Part shown: piece after piece, positions 1-10,800 of the stretch
Layout of the letters: every line of letters begins with the position of its first letter
Numbering within the stretch: the first letter of the stretch is position 1
IMG/VR virus record: IMGVR_UViG_3300020365_000001
Reading direction: 5' to 3' (one strand)
Source: a virus
Taxonomy: Duplodnaviria > Caudoviricetes
DNA: 64,000 nucleotides
Notes under the pieces: generated by a model
The model's database searches: none
Seen by the model: only the letters and a program-made list of their open reading frames with translations
Told to the model about the DNA's origin: nothing
Program-made: the position numbers and the translations under genes

Positions 1-366
1 ATCAGTAGACTCTTCAGACGACAGAACAAGAACAACCTGAGCAATGACACCTGAAGTCTTGCCCTTGATACGGAGACCAACCAGTTTGTCGTAGTAGAGT
101 TCTACCGGAACACCAAAGAACGTAGACTCTACTTTGACATACGTGTAGTCAAAGTCATAGTTGAACTTACCAGGGATTACAACAGATCCCTCTTTGAAAA
201 TATGTTTACCAAACTTCTCAATCTGTCCCTGTAGGATAGATTGCAGAGTTGTTAGTTCTCTCGCTTGGACAGGAGATCCTGGTTTGAACAGAACTTTGTT
301 GAAATTCTTTTCAGAATCAAAGTCGTCAAAATATGGACTGACGTTTAGGTTGGTGTTCTGTGGCAT
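1..366 (-). CDS. VrlC-like/DUF4815 virion structural protein, N-terminal part (runs off window)
   Basis: Not in the ORF track. ATG at 366 gives MPQNTNLNVSPYFDDFDSEKNFNKVLFKPGSPVQARELTTLQSILQGQIEKFG, the typical N-terminus of this cyanomyovirus protein downstream of gp8. Confidence 0.85.
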   Translation of the reverse strand, partial: MPQNTNLNVSPYFDDFDSEKNFNKVLFKPGSPVQARELTTLQSILQGQIEKFGKHIFKEGSVVIPGKFNYDFDYTYVKVESTFFGVPVELYYDKLVGLRIKGKTSGVIAQVVLVLSSEESTD

Positions 367-370
367 CGTA

Positions 371-1900
371 TCAGAATTCTAAGATAATTTTGATATCTTC
401 TCTTTGGTTTGTCGCTCTAGTAACTTCAGGACGATTATCTAAGTAGATAATGTCGCCAGAATACTTTTGGATTTCAGGAGAAGCAATACCAGAATTGAAA
501 GTTTGTCCGAAGTAATAAGTACGGTTGTTCACAGTTGTTGATACTCCCGTGAACCCACTATCGATAGCAAGTGTCTCTGTGCCAGTGGTTGTTTGGACCA
601 CAACGTTCAAAGATCCGCCTGTACCAGGGGTTTTCGTAAACCTATTTAGACGGTATTGATGCATGGACGCTGCATCTCCATTGGCAACACTACGATCTTG
701 CCAATACTGTAGGACCTGAGTTACAGTGTCGTAACCGATAATTTTACCAATAGCAGTAGAACCAACACCTACTGTCTGAGAAACCTCACCGTCAGTCTGG
801 ACCGCCATAGTCGTAGAGGCAGCACCAGTCAAACGGATACCGTAAAGACCTGATGCGGTGGGGGCGTCCAACAGGTTAGTGCTACCACTAACAAGAGGAT
901 TCTTGATAACCCCGATACGAGCAAACTGGTTACCGGTGGGGAAGTCAGGATTGGTAACGTCAGAGTTCTCGATACGTGAATAAACGAGAACTTTGTTAGA
1001 ACCCAACTCACGATAAACGTCAGCACCATGTCCACCTGGAGGAGGAATGATTACTGAGAAGGATGCACCAGAACCATTGACGACGGAATCGAGGTCAAGA
1101 GTTGCAAAAGTGTACCCGGTGCCCCCGTTTGTGACCTGCACATTGGTAGGTTTGCCATTGACGAAAGTGACAGACGCTACGCCGTCTTGACCATCTCCAC
1201 GAATGGGGACGCCATTCTTTGTACCAGAGAATTGGTATGATGCACTAGCAACGTTCTCAATGACAATGACTTCAATCTTTCCGTCAACAGCAGCGTTCCG
1301 AACATCTTGTACATCCGTGCTAGTTCCCCAGTCGCGGGGGACAGGAATGTAGTCAGCACTATCAAACTTGATAATGTCGCTGGGTTTGATTGTATACAGA
1401 TACTTCCAAATATATCCATCACTTTCCAAACGAGGTTGGAGATCAGTGTGCACAGGTTCTTGGAGAGAAATAATCCCCTTACCACTGTTTGATGGTGCAG
1501 CACCATTGTAGATACACTCATAAACCCGGAAGTCCGAGTTGATGATGTAATAGTTGGAATTATAGAGACTAGTAGAACTAGTATTAGGACTCAGGTTGTC
1601 AATACTGTAGTCGTGACGGTACATCTCATAGATGGAACCACTCGTCCAGTTATTCTTACGAATAACTCGAAGGACATCAGACGAATTGATTTTCTTTGCA
1701 GAAATCAACGTATCATAGATCTTATCGTGCTCATCAAAGTTATCGATGGGCGACGGGGTGTTGGTGTTCCAATCAGATGCAACATCAGTGGCGTTCGGCA
1801 AGCCAATAAAAACATAATAACTGTTATCAGTGGTTGAGATTCCGCTGACAAAGTTAGATGCGTTCAACACCCTGATTTGGTCAGTTATAATGGCTGGCAT
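371..1900 (-). CDS. gp8: Baseplate wedge subunit gp8
   Basis: 509 aa; YYVFIGLPN, DGYIWKYLYTI, PPGGHG and REDIKIILEF C-terminus; gp25-gp6-gp7-gp8 order; late promoter upstream. Confidence 0.9.
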   Translation of the reverse strand: MPAIITDQIRVLNASNFVSGISTTDNSYYVFIGLPNATDVASDWNTNTPSPIDNFDEHDKIYDTLISAKKINSSDVLRVIRKNNWTSGSIYEMYRHDYSIDNLSPNTSSTSLYNSNYYIINSDFRVYECIYNGAAPSNSGKGIISLQEPVHTDLQPRLESDGYIWKYLYTIKPSDIIKFDSADYIPVPRDWGTSTDVQDVRNAAVDGKIEVIVIENVASASYQFSGTKNGVPIRGDGQDGVASVTFVNGKPTNVQVTNGGTGYTFATLDLDSVVNGSGASFSVIIPPPGGHGADVYRELGSNKVLVYSRIENSDVTNPDFPTGNQFARIGVIKNPLVSGSTNLLDAPTASGLYGIRLTGAASTTMAVQTDGEVSQTVGVGSTAIGKIIGYDTVTQVLQYWQDRSVANGDAASMHQYRLNRFTKTPGTGGSLNVVVQTTTGTETLAIDSGFTGVSTTVNNRTYYFGQTFNSGIASPEIQKYSGDIIYLDNRPEVTRATNQREDIKIILEF

Positions 1901-1923
1901 TACGCTATTGAACTTTATCGTTT

Positions 1924-1930
1924 TATTTAT
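1924..1930 (-). promoter_or_regulatory. T4-type late promoter ATAAATA
   Basis: Plus-strand tatttat ~24 nt upstream of the gp8 start. Confidence 0.7.
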
Positions 1931-4824
1931 GGGAGATCCAAGAGCAATCTGCTAGTTCTCACCACTTCGGGTGCAGTGGATAGACCCACCAGACCTTCTG
2001 TAGAGTTGACAGCAAATGAGGTTCCTATGTTTCCGCAGGTAACTTTCGCCCAACTAAATGTGCCGTAGTTGTTACCCACATCACTACTCAGACCAACAAA
2101 TCCTGGTGCTAGACCATGATTAGTTTGGATATTGACATGAACTCTCACAACTTGAGAGGCAAGATCTTCGATGTGCGATACTTCGTATACACCATCTAGG
2201 AACTCTGTAGCAATGCCAACTGTTCCAGTTCTGTCTTGAGTAAGTGCGGTTACACCAGTACCAACATTAGATCTAGAGATGACAAAGTAGTCACCTGTAC
2301 CAATACCGGTCTTGGATATACCTCCATATTTATTGACCCGCGCTTGGGCATTCAATGGGATGTGTAAATGTAGTTGCAGTGCTTGAGCACTCACACCCAC
2401 CCCACAGATAGTACCTTGGTCACCTGCAATGTTGGCACTTTCAATACTGACAACAGGCGTCTGATAGGTAGTAAGACCAAATCCAGTGGTAGGTCTGGCA
2501 GTATCTACAATCCTGATCGGGAAGTCTGATGTTGGATTGAAGGTATTTCCCTCACTGAATCGGAATCCAAGAGCACCACCCTGCATGTAAATAACGCTGT
2601 CGCTACTAGCGATGCTTTTGATTGCTCGGGAAGATGGGAAGACATTGCCAGCAAGTTCGGCACGGGACTTACTAACCTTTACACCCTCCACAAAGAGATC
2701 ATCTCTCTGCTTGGTCCACCGCAAAGGACGCAGTGGATCTACCACGTCAGTGATACCGGGACCCTTGTAGTTTGTAGTAAGAAGGGTGTCACGAGTCAGG
2801 ATGTCACGAGCAACTCTGGAATCCTGATCAATAATCTTGACACCATCACCTTTCTTGATAGACTCAAGTGCAGAAGCAGTATCAATGTCAGAGTCGGTTC
2901 CCCGGTAGAATAGAATTTGGCAACTAGAACCTGCTACAGGAGGTTCAGTAAATTCGATCCTAGTTCCACCAGAGAAGTTATATGCAACACCTGGTTTTTG
3001 CAGGACATCATTGATGAAGATTAGTAGAACATCGTCAAGACTAATCGGACTACCTTCCTGCTTTTCAATACTAAGAACGACATTGTTATTCTTCAGTTGG
3101 AACGTAGTCTTACGACCATTGAATTGATCACTAATGTCATCTAGGATTTGCAACTTACCAAACACCCAACCAGCAAACTCATCGTCTGCGGTGTCTTCTA
3201 CAGTAAAGATAGCGTTCTGGAAATTTGCTCCAATGCTGCTAACTGTAGGAATACCAACTACATTCAGGGTCTCGCCAACAGTATATCCATAACCAGGGTT
3301 GGTGATTGTAAACTCACCCAGACTCTTTCCAATACCAATTTCAACAGAGATGCTGGCACCTACACCAGTGTTGGCGCTTTCTAATTTGACATCATCATAC
3401 AATCCGGGTTCATATCCAAAACCTTGACTATTGCCAATAGAAACAATGATACCCTTTCTAGGCAGTTTGTTAGCATTGACATCAACGGTGCTGAGAACAT
3501 CTACTCCACCAGGAGTTTGTGTTCCAGTAAACCTAACAGAAGTAATACCTGTTGTAGAACCACCAATAAAAGTGTAGTCTTCGGAAGGTTTCTGGAAAAT
3601 ATTATTGATCAGAATTGCACCAAAATCACTGGTGATGCCTACAGTATTGCTGCCGCCAGAAGTCAGGGTAAAGGTTTTGCCAATACCAGTAAAGTTCTGG
3701 GCAACATCATCCATGACAACATTGCCGTCGTAGTCACTACGAGTAAATGCTCTGCCTTGGAAAGAACTACCAACAATGTCATCAGCAAAGACCAGGGTAT
3801 GAGTTCCAATACCAGCAGAGGTTAGTGCAATGGGTTGATTGGTTACAGCATCATCTTTAGTATCTGCAAACTTGAATGTGTTTGGTTCAGATTGGATAAT
3901 GTAGTATTCCCTGTTAGAAACAAGTGGAGAAGGTGGTGTCAATGAACGAAGTTTGACGGCACTTCCAGTCTCAAGACTCTCAGTAAGAATAGTAAAATTA
4001 TGATCTGTTCCTAGACCAACAATATTACTTGAATTGATACCAACTTGTCTACGATTGCCACCAAAAGGAACGTCTACAAAAGTAATCTTATCGCCAATAA
4101 TGTTGTAATCACCAAACACCAGCATGGCGGTGTCGCCAGCAGTATGGGTTTGTAATCTAGTTCCCAACCAACTTCTCTTTACCAGAAGGGTGTTAGCATT
4201 GCCACCACTGTTGGTAACTTCAACCACCATGATCTCATCATTGATTTTGATGAGACTACCTGCTTCAAACATACTAGCATCATCTAGAACAAGTGTATTG
4301 TTAGAGATAGAGACCAATGATGCAGTAGTATTCTGACGTGGATAAACCGGTGACTGAACAATATTGTCAATCAGGATAATACACTTGGTGTTTAGTTTCT
4401 TTGCAGTAAAAGCGTGAGTGGCACCCACACCAACAGTTGTGAGACCAATGGGAGAATTCTGTAACGCTAATGCTTTTGTTGCTGCAAGCCGGATCTTATT
4501 CTCGTCAACTTTGATTGCAAATACACTCTTGGGCAAGGTGGTTCCAGCACCAGTGCCGTTCTGCCCATGCTGAATGCCAATAGGAAAAGTAGATCCGGTA
4601 AAATCTACATTGGGATGGGAATCATATACCAGTTCTTCACCAGTCCGATAGAAATGGTTCGGAATGACAATCGAATCATCACCTAAAAGAATATCGGTTG
4701 TACTATCCCCAACAAATTCTTTCTTGAACAGAGGATCTCCCTCATGTCTCAGAGTAAACTGATTGAGGAAGGTCTCTTGCTCAGCGTTGAATTTTTTGTT
4801 GACGGATCCTATTTGAAATCCCAT
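1927..4824 (-). CDS. Baseplate/virion structural protein (gp7-associated)
   Basis: 965 aa, Gly/Thr/Ser-rich beta repeats; ATG overlaps the upstream TAA (TAATG at 4822-4826). Confidence 0.75.
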   Translation of the reverse strand: MGFQIGSVNKKFNAEQETFLNQFTLRHEGDPLFKKEFVGDSTTDILLGDDSIVIPNHFYRTGEELVYDSHPNVDFTGSTFPIGIQHGQNGTGAGTTLPKSVFAIKVDENKIRLAATKALALQNSPIGLTTVGVGATHAFTAKKLNTKCIILIDNIVQSPVYPRQNTTASLVSISNNTLVLDDASMFEAGSLIKINDEIMVVEVTNSGGNANTLLVKRSWLGTRLQTHTAGDTAMLVFGDYNIIGDKITFVDVPFGGNRRQVGINSSNIVGLGTDHNFTILTESLETGSAVKLRSLTPPSPLVSNREYYIIQSEPNTFKFADTKDDAVTNQPIALTSAGIGTHTLVFADDIVGSSFQGRAFTRSDYDGNVVMDDVAQNFTGIGKTFTLTSGGSNTVGITSDFGAILINNIFQKPSEDYTFIGGSTTGITSVRFTGTQTPGGVDVLSTVDVNANKLPRKGIIVSIGNSQGFGYEPGLYDDVKLESANTGVGASISVEIGIGKSLGEFTITNPGYGYTVGETLNVVGIPTVSSIGANFQNAIFTVEDTADDEFAGWVFGKLQILDDISDQFNGRKTTFQLKNNNVVLSIEKQEGSPISLDDVLLIFINDVLQKPGVAYNFSGGTRIEFTEPPVAGSSCQILFYRGTDSDIDTASALESIKKGDGVKIIDQDSRVARDILTRDTLLTTNYKGPGITDVVDPLRPLRWTKQRDDLFVEGVKVSKSRAELAGNVFPSSRAIKSIASSDSVIYMQGGALGFRFSEGNTFNPTSDFPIRIVDTARPTTGFGLTTYQTPVVSIESANIAGDQGTICGVGVSAQALQLHLHIPLNAQARVNKYGGISKTGIGTGDYFVISRSNVGTGVTALTQDRTGTVGIATEFLDGVYEVSHIEDLASQVVRVHVNIQTNHGLAPGFVGLSSDVGNNYGTFSWAKVTCGNIGTSFAVNSTEGLVGLSTAPEVVRTSRLLLDLP

Positions 4825-7800
4825 TAGAGTGTTATGGTTGTGTCGTTTGCGACGTTATCGGGTTTGTCAATTCGGATTTCAGAAACCCGGACAACATAGT
4901 CCTTGTTTGCTAGTGGCGTAAACCTCAAACGCATATTATTGCCACTGATGTTTATATCTATGGCTCGAATATCACGCTTCTGTTGAGTAGCGTTAGACAG
5001 GTTATTGTATACGTTATAATTTGAATATCCAGCAAACGCATTTGCGGATACGTTGAACACGGAGTATTCATCATCAGTGGTGTTATGCACTTGAATCAAA
5101 TACTTCACAGAGGTGTAGTTAGTGTAATCCTTGGAAGAAACAATAACTGCGGAAGGAGATCCAGTAGCAGCAATCTCTGTGCGAGTAGCATTCAACTCAG
5201 CATCACCCACCTCAATTTTAGGAATCTCCGAAACATTCAGTCCAGCAGTGGTGGCAACACCAACAGAGGTTGTCAAAGTTCTAATGGTAACTGCCTGGTT
5301 TGCTGCGGGAGTATATTGGAGTTTGAGAACTCCGCTATTTTGAACAACGTCAAAATCTCCCAAGGTGCTACCAGAATTCATGTTGCCATAATCTGAGAAC
5401 AGGACTCCACCAGTGCCATCTGCCAAGAAGTTATATTCCTCAAGATCAGTTTCTGTATTGCTAGAGTGAACAACCAAAATTGTTCCTGACTTGAAGTCAG
5501 AAGCATCAATATCTTGAATAGTATGTGTTGCGGGAGAACCAGTTGCAGAGAAAGCAGAAGCAATACCAATCTTCTCGATGTTGGAATAAGAAGTGCTTCC
5601 TACACCAAGAGATTTGAGAACTGCTTCTTTATAGAACGTGATGTCGTAAGTGAAAGTGTTGTTGTAGGGTTCAAAAGAAACCTCAACAACATTTCCGTTC
5701 TGTTGTACAACAAACTCGCCCAAATCAAATGCATCTGACAGATCAGAATACTGGTTGATATATGCGTCAGTTCCGTCTGTGAATACAGCGAACTCACAAT
5801 ACTGAGTAGCATTGTAGGAAATTCCCAGAGAAGAATCTAGGACAACCTGAGCATAATACTTGACACAAACAGGACTGTTGGCAGAAGAGGTGTCAAAAGA
5901 GTCAATAGCAACTGTTCGGATGAGGTTAGGATCATCATAGAACTGGGGACTGATGTCATCAATCTCCAAAACGCGGTTAGACTTACAGATCAGAGAAGAA
6001 CCAAAACGTTGTGCATTGAAAATAATCTTGTCACTTACAGTGTTGGTTGCATTTGGTTCTTCATAAACCAAGTCGAAGTTATGGATATTGGACAGGGAAT
6101 CTTCACTGTCAATCAGGACCACAGACTTGGAGATAGTTCCTACGCCAACACCAGTAGTAGAGGTTTTACCAACACCAGTGGGTTGCGACGGAATCAGCAT
6201 GTCTGAATGCTTTTTGAATCCGGCAATATGTGCCAGTGCATCAACTGGTTCACTCCAAGAAGCAATTCCAACGTTACTCTTCAGAGAGTATGCAAACGAT
6301 TGATAGTAATCACTGTCTTGGATGCGCTGATAGAAGTTAGACAGTTGTCCGACATCATTTTCCCATCCAAAACGTTTCTTGAATACAACACCAACATCAA
6401 AGTTTCCTTTGAAAGTTTCTATCCTCTCGATAGTTCCGCCTGAACCGGAGAGTTCAGCAGTAATGCTGTCTCCAACTTGGAATTCGTCAACATTGTTGAC
6501 ACGAATAACATTTCTTACTTTACCTTCGCCCGAGACAATTCTAGATGTCTCAGAATTACGCATATTGATAATTCGCTCACCTTTGAAGAATCTACCTTCA
6601 TCAAGAGTCACATCAAACTTGGCAATGTCCTTATCGTTGCTAACAGTGCCAAAGGTTCCCAGATCATAGACGCCAGGATCAACGGGGACCTCATAAGTAA
6701 TCGTTGCTTTGTTGATAAGACCAACAGCCGGATTGACTGCTGTTAGAGTAAAGGTATCAAATCCAAATGTGGATGAGTTATATCCATGGCCGGATGTCAC
6801 ACCAACGTTCTCAACGAACACTTTATCGCCAACTGCGAATGGCATGTTAGTTGCATCAAATCCAGTCTCTGGGGTCTTCAGAGTTAGAGTGACATTAGGA
6901 GCACTATATGTGACAGTTACAATACCAACTCCATTGCTGTTGTTGATAGCAACCAGTTTATTGTCACCACTGCTCAGGTTGTTACCTCCCTGGACAATGC
7001 GAACATTAGATACACTAGAACCAAGAAGTTCTACTTTGAATTCAGTGCCAGCATTGACTTCATTCTTCTTCGTGTTATAGATTACCAAGTCTGGACCAGT
7101 CAGATATTTCTTGCCAGTGCTGGTAATAGCAACGTTAGAGACGGTGAAGTTGTCCTTCAGGAAGAGAACCTGAGGCATCTCTGCTTCTGGACGCAGAGTC
7201 TTATCTGATGGATAATCATAACCAGACTGGATGATTTCTACAGTATCCAACTTGCCAACGTTTGAACCAGAAGCACGCAGCAATGCAGATGTACCAGTTG
7301 TTGACCCAACAGTTACTTGCGGAAGATCTCTATAACGAGTACCCTTAGAAACCAAGAGCAGATCAGCGATTGGACCTTTCTCAGTAAGAGAAGTCGTGGT
7401 ATAATTGATGTCTGCTGTTACTGAAGTATATCCAACACGTTCTGGGTTCTCAAAAATGTTGAACTTGAATGTGTCGCTAGTAACAGAACTAATAGATGCT
7501 TTGGTCGTAAAATCACTTTGTGTGACTACGATCTTACCGTAATCGTCAATAGAGTCATCGACTTCAATAATCTTAGAAGTATCAAGTGATTCTAACTTGT
7601 AGAATAGAGTTCTAGGAACTTCTGGAGTGAAGTGTACAGATGCCTTAGAACCACTAGAACCAGGGGCACCACTATAACTAACTTCGATAGTAGATTTACC
7701 GGAACCAACAAAAGACTTCTGGTACGTTGAATCTAGATAGAATCCGAGTTTAGTGTTTGACAAAGACGAATCAGACATGTCAAACTCAAGCAGATCACCA

Positions 7801-10800
7801 TCAACAACGGTGACTTTGGGATTTGCTGAGTTACCAATACTCACAAACCTGTTGCCAGGATTGTAGGTAAGAGCGATAGAACTAGTTCCCATGGAAACAA
7901 TGTTCATATCAATCTCATCCCCAGGACGCAGAGTATGGGGATTCTTGGTGGTAGCAGTTACATCAGTGATTTGAATTGTGGCAGTGATTTCTCCTCTAAC
8001 TGTTTTGAAGGAGTGGGTATTGCCAACACCAATGTTGCTGTAGAACAGTGCCCGACTATTAGGAGAATTGATCTGGTTCTGCATGGTGACAACACCAACA
8101 GTGCTGTTGTCAACAACTTGAACGAACAGAGTTTCGGGCAGAGGAGCAGACCAACCAGAAGCAGTGCCAACACCAGCAGTCAAATATTGGATGGCAGTGC
8201 CGTCATCATAGTTGTAAGTAATTTTTTCACCGTTCTTGAACGGATGGTTGGGTAGGAAAATAGTGCCCTTGGGAATGTCACGAGTACCACCAGTGCCTAG
8301 GATTCTTTGGTTGGTGATAGTATGGGTTTCTCCTTGACCAATAGATGCACCAATACCCAACTGGGAAGTGGCATCAAAATAGACACGTTCGTCTAGTGGG
8401 GTGGAGTCGCAACTCGGAAGACCGAAGGTAAACTTACGCTCAAGACGATCAATACGTGAACCGTTAGTATGAGCGACACCAGCAGTGCCATTTTGGGCAC
8501 GCAGCAGGTCAAGTTCATTTCTTGCAGTATCAATTCTGTAAATACGGAACTGCTCACTATTGATGCGGATGATGTCATCAATTTCAAATTTGGATGGATC
8601 ATCACTGATCTTGACACTGGTAGTAATACCACCATTGATGCCTAGGGCATTGATTGTGGTAGACAGACCAGATTTGACAGAACTTACCGTAACAGTATGA
8701 CGACCTTCAAGTTCGTCATGCAGGGTAGAAGAGACATCATCTACCCTAAGCGAAGTTCCAGTAACTAGGTTATGAGGAACAGTGGTAATACCAGTGACAC
8801 TGCCACCGGTATATACAAACGTAGTATCAGGGAAACTGTTTACAGTCGATGTGAAAGAACTAATGATCGGGCCACTAATTTTTGAAACGTGGGCGATTGC
8901 GCCAAATCCGTTGGTTTCACTGTTATCAAATACCACGTTGTCACCAACACCGTACTCATTACCACCATCAATAATGTCCAGTGAAGTAATTCCACCAGTG
9001 TTTGTCGAGACGATTCGGGATTGGACGAATGTATTTTTCTGTGAGTTCGAGACGAAATCATATGAATTGATGTTGTAGTTTCTAGTATTCCTGACCAGAT
9101 TGTACTTCAAGGGATCATGCTGTTGGTCAAATCCGAATCCTAGGTTCAATACCTCTGGTTGAGATCTATAAGAATCTCCCACAACATATGGGAAAATGGG
9201 TTCTCTGCCATTGTTGAAAGGACTTCCAGAGTTAGAAATCTGGTTACTAGTTACCGTAGTAAAGTATGCATACACTCCGTTTGGATAATCTGGAGTGACA
9301 GTAAATCTACCATTATGTTCATCAAGGTCACCAAAACCAGGTCTGTATGTGTAATCCTCAACAAAGAATCCAGCAGGATAGTTTACGATACTAGGACCGT
9401 TAGTACGCTGACCAGACAATTTCACATAACTGGATTGCATATATCCAAGAAGACCGCTACCGTTGGGATTCTTGAATCCTACGGGTCCATAAATGGGGTT
9501 GCCGTCATACGCCCAACCGAGGATGGGTGAGTGGTCACCGCCAGAATCTTGGAGATAATCCCTCAAGTTACGTGGTGCATAGTAATTTACGTAAGGGTTG
9601 CCAAGATTGCTGTCCTTGGCAACTTCGTAATAACCATCATCCGTAGATACATCACCAAAACGTGCATATCGATTCACCTGGTTGATAGTCCACTCATTCA
9701 GATTAGCAGAGTAGATTGCATGACCACCAGGAGTCTTTGCTGCAACAGTAGTTTGGGACTGGGTGTAGTTACCACCCTTTTCAATCATCTCAATGGCAAC
9801 AATCTGACCATTAGAAACAACTGCTTTCGCCTTTGCACCCACACCGTCACCAGTGATGACAATATCTGGGGTGCTGAAGAAATCTTTACCACCAGACTTG
9901 ATGATAATTTGATCTACTCGACCATTGACGATGAACGGTTGCAAGAATGCTTCTTTGCCAATAACCGTGTTGATTTCTGGTCTGAAGTTATCATTGATTA
10001 CGGTAGAACCGAAGTTATCACCAGGAACGGTAACAAAGACGTTCTGAACAGAACCTCGTACAATAGGAGTTGCCGTGGTGTTAGAAGTTGTAATGCCCTG
10101 ACGACCACTAACAAGAACCTGAATCGCAGGATCTTTGAAGGTATGCGTTCCTGACCCAGGACCGTTCAGTGCAATAAGATTTTGATTATTTTTGTCAGTA
10201 GTCAGTTGGAAAATGTCATCAGAGACTTTGGATACAAAGTATTGACTGTCATCAACCAAACCTTGAATGTTTGCAATATCAGAACTATAGACAACAACAT
10301 CTCCACTGTTGAATCCGTGGTTGTTGATTTCAATGCTGTTAGTAAATGTATTGATACCAGCAATAGTGGTGATTTCCCTATTATGGAAAGAACCGGTTCC
10401 TTCAATCAGGATCTCATCAATTCTGCTACGTCTCCTAACAGAGGTGAATCTTTGAATACCTCCACCACTACCAGTGATAGGAATAATAACCTCAACATTT
10501 GTCGCCAAAGAATTTGCTTTGGTCTCAGAAAGACGGAATGAGAAGTCATCAATCTTCCTTACAAAATACGATGCAGAATCAATAAGGGTTCCTGGTGTCG
10601 TGCCAATACCAATATTGCTTGTGCCATTCGTGGTATAGATGATCTCCTCACCATTTGTAAATCCATGAGGTTTGGCAAACAGGAAGGTATCTGTTGAGGT
10701 GTTTACCACACCACCAGTTGTTGTACTGTCAAAATCAATGACTCGGGGTACAGTTTTCATCTTTGCCCGTGCCACAACATCCTTATGGTTGCCGCCAAGG